DNA of 64,000 nt, from contig PRDI01000049.1 of NCBI GenBank assembly GCA_003345595.1, positions 29,780 through 93,779 of the forward strand. Reading direction: 5' to 3'. A program made the position numbers and the translations under genes. How positions within the stretch are numbered: position 1 is the stretch's first letter; each line of letters begins with the position of its first letter. The notes below the pieces were generated by a model. It was not told the origin of the DNA. It worked only from the letters and a program-made list of their open reading frames with translations, and ran no database searches. This document shows, in pieces, positions 57,313 through 64,000 of this stretch. Source of the stretch: Candidatus Thorarchaeota archaeon (GTDB lineage: Archaea; Asgardarchaeota; Thorarchaeia; Thorarchaeales; Thorarchaeaceae).

Positions 57313-57729
57313 ATGACAGAGCACACAGCTCTGACGGATAATGACGGTGCGGACAGTTTGACTGAGGAGCAACGATTTCCCCGGACAGAACCTGCTAGAC
57401 TCGTCACGATACGTAGTCTCTCCGCTAGAACGAAGGGCCCCGTGAGAATAATGTGTATAGTAGTAGATTCACGTCTTGGCACGGCACTTGTACAGGATAT
57501 ATATGACGAGGTGGGCAAGGCAAGACAGATCAAAGTTTCCGTCGAAGGATTGCTAGAGGTGGCTCAGAGATACATGCTGATAGGTGACATCACGGAGAAG
57601 AGTGCTCCCAACGGAAACGAGTTGATGCTCGCAGTCAGTCTGGTTTTTAACATCAACTCACTGAATCTTGAGGAATACAAGCAGGCGCTTGAACTGGAAC
57701 AGAAGGTCTCTCACACACTAAGCAGATGA
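57313..57729 (+). CDS. Single OB-fold protein, RPA14/RPA3-like
   Basis: Beta-rich core (GPVRIMCIVVD, YMLIGDI) with C-terminal helix LNLEEYKQALELE; directly upstream of pcna. Confidence 0.6.
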   Translation: MTEHTALTDNDGADSLTEEQRFPRTEPARLVTIRSLSARTKGPVRIMCIVVDSRLGTALVQDIYDEVGKARQIKVSVEGLLEVAQRYMLIGDITEKSAPNGNELMLAVSLVFNINSLNLEEYKQALELEQKVSHTLSR

Positions 57730-57742
57730 ATGGAGGCACTGA

Positions 57743-58498
57743 ATGATGTTTCATGCGACACTTGATAGCACCAAGACTTGGAAACAGATTGTGGACGCGC
57801 TCGCCACATTGCTGACGGAAGTTCACTTTGTGGCGTCTGCAACGGGGTTCTCGTTGCGTCAGCTAGACTCGACTAAGGCTGCGATGATTGACCTTGTACT
57901 TCCCGCGGCAGTCTTCCAAGAGTACAGCTGCGAGGGAGAACATGATATCTGCCTCGGAATCGACGAGCTTACAAAAGTGAGCAAGAGAATGGCCAGTGAC
58001 GACAAGCTAGAGTTCAACCTCAACGAAACAGAGCAGCGTTTTGAAATCAAGATGCTAGGTCAAGCCGAACGAGTGTTCAAACTTCAGATTCTTACGCCTC
58101 CCGAGGACAGGACTAAGAAGCCAGCTCTGTCGTTTGATGTGAGAGCCGAGATGTACGCAGAGGCTTTCAAACAGGCTGTGAAGGACATAGGTGTTGTTTC
58201 TAGCCATGTCAAGATAGTTGCCCAGCCTGGTACAATCTCCTTCGTTGGAGAAGGAGATACAGGCGAAGCACAAGTTTCGCTGAAACTGGGCGAAGAGTCA
58301 CTTCTCTACGATCTCAAGGTCGACAAGGAGAGTGCTTCCATGTATGCTCTCAACTATCTGTCTGAGATTGCCAAGGCGATGTCAAGTGACAGTCTTGCCC
58401 TGCAGTTCAGTTCTAACAAGCCCTTGATGATGGAGTTTGCCATTGCTGAAGGCGGCAGAATCAACTTCATCCTAGCTCCGCGTGTGGAACGGAGATAG
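57743..58498 (+). CDS. pcn: DNA sliding clamp PCNA
   Basis: LDSTKAAMIDL, YALNYL, NKPLMMEF, FILAPRVE. Confidence 0.96.
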   Translation: MMFHATLDSTKTWKQIVDALATLLTEVHFVASATGFSLRQLDSTKAAMIDLVLPAAVFQEYSCEGEHDICLGIDELTKVSKRMASDDKLEFNLNETEQRFEIKMLGQAERVFKLQILTPPEDRTKKPALSFDVRAEMYAEAFKQAVKDIGVVSSHVKIVAQPGTISFVGEGDTGEAQVSLKLGEESLLYDLKVDKESASMYALNYLSEIAKAMSSDSLALQFSSNKPLMMEFAIAEGGRINFILAPRVERR

Positions 58499-58647
58499 CC
58501 CCTGCGAGTGTGAACTGTCGTTGTCGGTCACAAGAGGATTGCGATAATGGGCTCTGCAGCTCTCGAAGTGATTCTGCGTGGTCCATTGTTCGAGCATTCC
58601 GCTTGCTACCGAGCAGGAGTGACCGTTTCTTCGAGTTGATCCAGAGC

Positions 58648-60126
58648 ATGCCGACCCGCACAAAGGAAACAGACCTCAAGTTCTTGCAGCTGATGTTTCA
58701 AGACTACTACCGCACACATCCGGATAAAGTGGATTCACCCAATCAGATTCAGATGCGTGAGTTCGCTACGGAGAGTTGGGACTACATCTGGCGCTGCCCT
58801 GAACGCGAGGTGGCCAACTCGTCTGGTCATAAGACTAAGATTGGCTGCGGACGGACCGGCAGGTCCTTCAAGAAGATACAGTCCTGTCCGAACTGTGGCT
58901 CCCCCGAGGTCCAAGCTACGAACTGGAGCCGTCATCTTGGTTTCCGAACTGCCGAAGCCCTTCGGAATGAGCTGATTGCATCTGCTCCTCACAGTGTCTA
59001 TCACTCTGCCGCGTTCTACAACACCCCTGTCGCCAGGAGCATGGATGAGAAGGGGTGGCAGGGTGCAGAGCTTGTATTCGACATTGATGCCGACCACCTA
59101 GACTCTCCATGCTCCAGTATTCACGACGCTTGGAGATGTAACAACCCTGAGTGTCACGAGATCGGGACTGGCAATCCTCCCGAAACCTGCCCCAAGTGTG
59201 GTGGCCTCCGAAAGTGGAGTTGCGACAAATGCCACGAAGAAGGAAGGGAAGCACCACCAGAGATGCGCTGTCCCAAGTGTGGCAGTGAAAGAGTCAGCAC
59301 ACAACTGTGGGGTTTCAGCACGCGGAAGTGGGTGTGCGATAGGTGTCTTGGTGATGCCAAAAGATACACACTGAAGCTCTATGATGAATTCCTTGTGAAC
59401 GATTTTGGCATCGATCGTAGTTCCATCCAGCTGAACTACAGCGGCCATCGTGGGTATCACGTCCGTGTCAGAGACCCCAGAGTCTACAAACTGACGTCTG
59501 ACGGACGAGTTGAGATAGTCCATTACATAAACGGCGTTGGGTTCAACAGCGAGAAGTTCATTACTAAGATCTCGATGCCGCTTCCTTCGGGCGAAGTCCC
59601 TGGTTGGCCTCGAAAGATCACTGCTGCTATTGTGGAATTCATCAGGAACATTGATTCCTACGCTGGCAAGGAACGATGGATAGAGCCGCTGCGCAAACAG
59701 AGGGCTGCGGCAATCGAGGGCCTTTTGAGGAAGCCACCCATCTTGAGCGGAAAGGTGGTGGGTGTCGGGTCCAAGTCTTGGCAGGAGATTGCTGCTCAGG
59801 CAGTCGCTTCTTATGGCGGAAAGATAGACGTGCCAGTCACACACGACGTGCACAGGGTAATACGATTGATAGGTACTCTGAATGGGAAGACTGGCTTCAC
59901 TGTAACCCCACTTACTCGCGACCAGATTGATGACTTTGACCCATTCAGAGATGCCATAGGCCTCACGGAGGGATCGCTGAAGGTCAAGGTCAGTGGTGGC
60001 ACAGCGAAGGTCCCTTCGTTCAGAATTGGAGAAACAGAGTACGGTCCGTATCAGGACGAGACTGTGGAACTGCCAATGGCGGCCGCAGTTTTCATGTTGT
60101 GTAAGGGTGTGGCGACGATTGAGTGA
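58648..60126 (+). CDS. priS: DNA primase small subunit with several zinc-ribbon insertions
   Basis: REF, RH, VYHSAAFY, ELVFDIDAD, YSGHRGYH, IDVPVTHDVHRVIRL. Confidence 0.93.
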   Translation: MPTRTKETDLKFLQLMFQDYYRTHPDKVDSPNQIQMREFATESWDYIWRCPEREVANSSGHKTKIGCGRTGRSFKKIQSCPNCGSPEVQATNWSRHLGFRTAEALRNELIASAPHSVYHSAAFYNTPVARSMDEKGWQGAELVFDIDADHLDSPCSSIHDAWRCNNPECHEIGTGNPPETCPKCGGLRKWSCDKCHEEGREAPPEMRCPKCGSERVSTQLWGFSTRKWVCDRCLGDAKRYTLKLYDEFLVNDFGIDRSSIQLNYSGHRGYHVRVRDPRVYKLTSDGRVEIVHYINGVGFNSEKFITKISMPLPSGEVPGWPRKITAAIVEFIRNIDSYAGKERWIEPLRKQRAAAIEGLLRKPPILSGKVVGVGSKSWQEIAAQAVASYGGKIDVPVTHDVHRVIRLIGTLNGKTGFTVTPLTRDQIDDFDPFRDAIGLTEGSLKVKVSGGTAKVPSFRIGETEYGPYQDETVELPMAAAVFMLCKGVATIE

Positions 60127-60757
60127 TACGGGTTATGACGAGATCAGCAAGTCTTGGCAGGCTGAGATAGAGAACAGTGAGCTTCAGGACTTGGAGGACC
60201 TGCGCTTGAGCAGAATGGCGACCTACTTATCCAAGACGCGGCTATCTCTAGCAGAGATTCCTGCGAACGAAATTCTGCAGACCGACCTTCTGATGCAAGA
60301 GGTGCAGAATCTGGAGTTCATGCTGAATGACCTTCTCATGCTACGCAAGAAGAAGATTCTGAATGCAGCTCTCTCACAACGTCGGCCTCTTGGGACCATG
60401 ACATTCGCCGAAGAAGAGTACTTCAACAGGGTACTTCGTGCCGTAGAGGGTCATCTGGAATCTACAAAGAGTGTCCTCGCAGGGGCACCCCTGCCTGAAG
60501 GCAAGATGCATGACAAGGATAGTCCACAGGCAAGCAGAACTATGACAGAGGTAACGTCAAGCTCTGAGAGGGTCGAATACGTTAGCGTTGTGTTCTTACG
60601 TCCTGTCGAAACCGCATTCGTTGGCCTAGATGAAGAAACATATGGTCCGTTTAAGGCAGGTGATAATGCCATGATACCTGTGGAGAATGCAAGAACTTGG
60701 CTTCGTGACGGTACAGTTGCGAGAGTGGCGATAGACAAGAAGAAGGGTCATGACTAA
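60119..60757 (+). CDS. GINS complex subunit Gins15 (Psf1/Sld5-like)
   Basis: Helical A-domain (LRKKKIL, EEEYF) then B-domain FVGLDEETYGPFKAGD; follows priS; TTG start. Confidence 0.88.
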   Translation: MSDTGYDEISKSWQAEIENSELQDLEDLRLSRMATYLSKTRLSLAEIPANEILQTDLLMQEVQNLEFMLNDLLMLRKKKILNAALSQRRPLGTMTFAEEEYFNRVLRAVEGHLESTKSVLAGAPLPEGKMHDKDSPQASRTMTEVTSSSERVEYVSVVFLRPVETAFVGLDEETYGPFKAGDNAMIPVENARTWLRDGTVARVAIDKKKGHD

Positions 60758-61049
60758 GATGGAAGACGACAACCTGATTGAGCAGATTATCAGTCTCTCG
60801 GCTCGGATTGCCCTTGCTCGTGAAGAGATTGAGCAGATGCATGACAAGTTTCAGGTTGCTCTCACCGGCATCTTTCGGCTTCTATCCGAAGGGAAGAATC
60901 CCCCAATCGAGCGTATGCAAGCCGACACGGAGCAACTGAAAGGCTACGTGATCCGTCTTGCGTCCCAGATGCGACAGGCCAGCCTTGACATCTGTGATAC
61001 CATGAAGTCTGGTCTGGCTTCAATCATCGAGTCTGCACGAAACCCATAA
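60750..61049 (+). CDS. Hypothetical helical protein
   Basis: 99-aa ORF overlapping the gins15 stop. Confidence 0.65.
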   Translation: MTKMEDDNLIEQIISLSARIALAREEIEQMHDKFQVALTGIFRLLSEGKNPPIERMQADTEQLKGYVIRLASQMRQASLDICDTMKSGLASIIESARNP

Positions 61050-61075
61050 GAAGGCCACATGCCATAGAAGGGGCT

Positions 61076-61264
61076 ATGCCGCAGAAACGACCACGGATTG
61101 TGCCTATAGGCGCGGCACTGTGTGTGTTCTTCTCGCTAATGGGCACCACTATCTCCCCCTTCAACACACAGAGTCTTCTCACCATTTTCGCCTACGAGTT
61201 GTCCATGATTGCAGGTTCGCTCGCAATCCTATTCTGGGTATACAGAAAGGGATTCACAGAGTGA
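61076..61264 (+). CDS. Small two-helix membrane protein
   Basis: Two hydrophobic segments flanked by basic residues. Confidence 0.55.
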   Translation: MPQKRPRIVPIGAALCVFFSLMGTTISPFNTQSLLTIFAYELSMIAGSLAILFWVYRKGFTE

Positions 61265-61556
61265 CCCGTCGATTGTAATTGGACAGTCTTGGGCGCGAGA
61301 GCCCATGGTGAAGAGCATCCAAGATTATCTAGCCTGTAGGCCGTTGTTACACTTCCCCATTTCTCTGTAACCTACAGACCTTCTACTCATACTCATTGCT
61401 GGAATACCTGTTAGTTTGCAGAAATCGCATAGCTTTGTGCATGGCTATCCGGTTCTCTTGACTGGCCTATGAGCTGTTGGTGAAGCTTTTAATACGGGCT
61501 GGAATTTCGCTCTCGCATCCGCCCGAACAGCCGAAAGAGCTGTTGGTGACTCTCTC

Positions 61557-62099
61557 ATGGCAGAATCAAAGCAGACCTCTGGCAAGCCGATGACCTTGGT
61601 TGATCCAATCGATATGTCATTGCTCGATGCGAAGTTCAGAGACGACATAAAGAGCATGCCTGACGGAGAGGAGCTGTCTGCTTGCTTTGCCTGCTCCACC
61701 TGTACAGCAGCATGTCCGATTGCCAACCAGTGGACGTACAAGCCTCATCAACTGATTCGGATGATTCTCTTAGGAATGCGTGAAGAGGTCCTGTCGGGCA
61801 AGGAGATATGGGAGTGCCTGACATGTTTTCAGTGCCAAGAACGCTGCCCGCAGAAGGTGCGTATCACAGACATCTTCTTTGACTGCAAGAACTTGGCGGC
61901 TGAATCGGGCAAGGTGCCAGAGAAGGTCCTTGCAATCGCGAAGGAGTTGATTGACAAGGGGCAGCTGTATGTTGTTACCTCGGACTGGGAACGCGAGGAC
62001 TTGGGACTGGAAGCCGCAGTGCCCGGGTTGTCAACTGACGGCATAAGGGCAATCCTGAAGGAAACCCGAACTGGCAGGCTTGTCAAGGGTGGTGAATAG
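61557..62099 (+). CDS. hdrC: Heterodisulfide reductase subunit C
   Basis: CFACSTCTAACP and WECLTCFQCQERCP. Confidence 0.93.
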   Translation: MAESKQTSGKPMTLVDPIDMSLLDAKFRDDIKSMPDGEELSACFACSTCTAACPIANQWTYKPHQLIRMILLGMREEVLSGKEIWECLTCFQCQERCPQKVRITDIFFDCKNLAAESGKVPEKVLAIAKELIDKGQLYVVTSDWEREDLGLEAAVPGLSTDGIRAILKETRTGRLVKGGE

Positions 62100-62100
62100 G

Positions 62101-62967
62101 GTGCCTGTCTACAACCTCTACATGGGCTGCAGCGTTCCTGCGAACTACCCTAACTATGAAGCTGCGATGATGAAGGTGGCTGAGGCATTGGGTATGGAGT
62201 TCGAGTACATGCCTGATGTCGCATGTTGTGGGAGTCCAAACCTGAGGGCCATTGACTATTTCGGTTGGCTGGTTGTCAACGGTCGTACTCTTGCTATCGC
62301 TGAGAAGAATGGTCACGACATACTGACGCCCTGCAACGGGTGCTTTGGGTCCTTGAAAGACGTTCAGCATCACCTGAAACACGACTCGGAAGACAGAGCT
62401 CGTGTGAATAAGGAGCTGAGAAAGCACGACCTTGAGTTCAAGGGCACAATCAAGGTCCGCCACTTGGTGGAAGCCATCTACACCGACATAGGTCCTGACG
62501 AGATACGCCGCAAGATCACCAAGCCCCTCGACGGAGTCGGGATCGCGATTCACTATGGCTGTCACCTTCTTCGTCCCGCTGATGTGACCGAGTTCAAGCC
62601 CGAGATGCTTGAGGAGCTAGTAAGGGCAACCGGCGCAAAGGTAGTTGAGTATCCTTTGTGGAAGCAGTGTTGTGGTGCGACTATCCTTCCTGTCAATGAG
62701 CCTCTGGCAATCAGGCTCGCGAGGGACAAAATACGATCCATGAAGGAGGCCGGTGCGGAGTATGCAACAGTTGTATGCCCTGCGTGTGGCAATCAACTAG
62801 ACCTTCAACAGCTTGGCCTCAAGGAGTCTTATGGAGAGGTGTACGACCTACCTGTTCTGCTCTATCCTCAGATACTAGCGTTGGCACTTGGAATCGGTGA
62901 GGACGCAGTTGGACTACGGATGAACCGTGTCGCTGCAGACTCAATACTTGGTCACCTGAAAGGCTGA
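62101..62967 (+). CDS. hdrB: Heterodisulfide reductase subunit B
   Basis: Two CCG domains (GC, CCG, PCNGC; HYGCH, CCGA, CPAC). Confidence 0.93.
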   Translation: MPVYNLYMGCSVPANYPNYEAAMMKVAEALGMEFEYMPDVACCGSPNLRAIDYFGWLVVNGRTLAIAEKNGHDILTPCNGCFGSLKDVQHHLKHDSEDRARVNKELRKHDLEFKGTIKVRHLVEAIYTDIGPDEIRRKITKPLDGVGIAIHYGCHLLRPADVTEFKPEMLEELVRATGAKVVEYPLWKQCCGATILPVNEPLAIRLARDKIRSMKEAGAEYATVVCPACGNQLDLQQLGLKESYGEVYDLPVLLYPQILALALGIGEDAVGLRMNRVAADSILGHLKG

Positions 62968-62980
62968 GGTGAGAGCAAGC

Positions 62981-64000
62981 GTGTCTGACACGGTCCTAAT
63001 CATTGGTGCCGGTGTTGCAGGAATGACCGCGGCTGTCGAACTGGCCGACTCAGGTATCAGAAGTGTCCTTGTAGAGCGTGCCTCGTCTATGGGCGGCAAC
63101 GCACTAGACCTCTACAAGGCTTTCCCCACGGATGACTGTTTCTACTGCTTTGAAGGCAATCGTTGGCGGCCTGGGATTCGCAAGTGTTTCTACAGAAGTG
63201 CAATGGTCGATCAGCCTAATATTGAGATCAAGATGGGTGCCGAAGTGAAAGAGATCGCTGGGGGCCCTGGGGATTTCAAAGTCAGGATTGCTGTCAGCCC
63301 AACGTATGTAGACCCCCGAAAGTGTACCCTGTGCGGACTATGTTCAGAGCGCTCAAAAGCGTTTCACTTACTCTCTCCACAATGTCAGCCACAGGCTGTG
63401 ACCTATGATTCCTCAATGGCTGATGATGGCACAAGAAAGGCTGAGGAAGACTGTCCGACCAAGGCAATCAAACTCGATGCGCAGCCCAGCGAGGAAACTA
63501 TTGGGGCATCAGACATCGTAATCGCTACTGGCTATCATGAGATGAAGCCAATCGACATGCAGGAGTACGGCTACGGCCGGATTCCCAATGTCATCACACA
63601 GCTGGAGCTTGCTCAGATGCTCGATCCGAATGGCAAGTCTGGTGGAGTGCTATTGCGTCCTTCGGATGGTGCTGGAGTGAAGCAGGTGATGATGGTCCAG
63701 TGCGTGGGTAGCAGGGATGAGGAGCACCACCCGTACTGCTCCAAGGTCTGTTGCGTCTTCGCACTGAAACATGCAAACATCATAGCGACCGAAAGGCAGC
63801 ATTCGCGTGTTTCGGTCGTCTACATGGACATCCGAACCTATGATAGGCATGAACGCTACTACCGTGAGTCAAGAGATGCCGGGGTCGAGTTCATACGAGG
63901 ACGAGTGACACGAGTCGAGCCGCGCAAGGATGGAGCTGTCAATGTGACAGTCTATGATTCGCTCCTAGACAAGTATCTCCGATCATCTGTAGACTTGCTC
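62981..64000 (+). CDS. hdrA: Heterodisulfide reductase subunit A-like flavoprotein (runs off the window)
   Basis: Manual translation from GTG 62981: IGAGVAG, FPTDDC, IATG, YGYGRIPNVIT, QCVGSRD, YCSKVCC, YMDIR. Open to the window end. Confidence 0.93.
   Translation, partial: MSDTVLIIGAGVAGMTAAVELADSGIRSVLVERASSMGGNALDLYKAFPTDDCFYCFEGNRWRPGIRKCFYRSAMVDQPNIEIKMGAEVKEIAGGPGDFKVRIAVSPTYVDPRKCTLCGLCSERSKAFHLLSPQCQPQAVTYDSSMADDGTRKAEEDCPTKAIKLDAQPSEETIGASDIVIATGYHEMKPIDMQEYGYGRIPNVITQLELAQMLDPNGKSGGVLLRPSDGAGVKQVMMVQCVGSRDEEHHPYCSKVCCVFALKHANIIATERQHSRVSVVYMDIRTYDRHERYYRESRDAGVEFIRGRVTRVEPRKDGAVNVTVYDSLLDKYLRSSVDLL

Noticed and set aside
1-64000. CRISPR arrays, rRNA, IS elements, integrases, split tRNA halves
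   Set aside because: No regularly spaced repeats, rRNA-like tracts or transposase/integrase ORFs were seen, and all five tRNAs have both halves in cis.

Overview
Archaeal core-genome window. Gene content (roadblock-domain proteins, Rpo8, both GINS23 and GINS15, an RPA14-like OB fold, HDAC, HdrABC) points to an Asgard archaeon, plausibly Thorarchaeia; this is inference. It is dominated by information-processing genes: replication (two Cdc6/Orc1, RFC-L/S, GINS23-MCM-Hel308, PolD DP1, PCNA, PriS, GINS15, degenerate RecJ/Cdc45-like), NurA-HerA, transcription (TFB paralog, Rpo8, RpoL, TFS), KEOPS (Kae1, Bud32, Pcc1), RNA modification/decay, two ribosomal proteins and an hdrCBA operon cut by the right edge. 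No CRISPR array, rRNA or transposase was seen. Most notable: (1) all five tRNA genes are interrupted, with six introns in total, four at non-canonical positions (10/11, variable arm, 53/54, 58/59), each with a recognisable or relaxed bulge-helix-bulge (BHB) motif; (2) a three-gene operon of tandem-roadblock + DENN/folliculin-like + MglA-type GTPase; (3) two conserved genes (hel308, rpoL) whose homologous N-termini can only be reached from an ACG codon; (4) a candidate box C/D sRNA whose guide lands on wobble position 34 of tRNA-Leu; (5) an Flp-like pilin, a CpaF/VirB11-type ATPase and Ig-fold surface proteins at the left edge. All calls come from reading motifs by eye; no searches were run.
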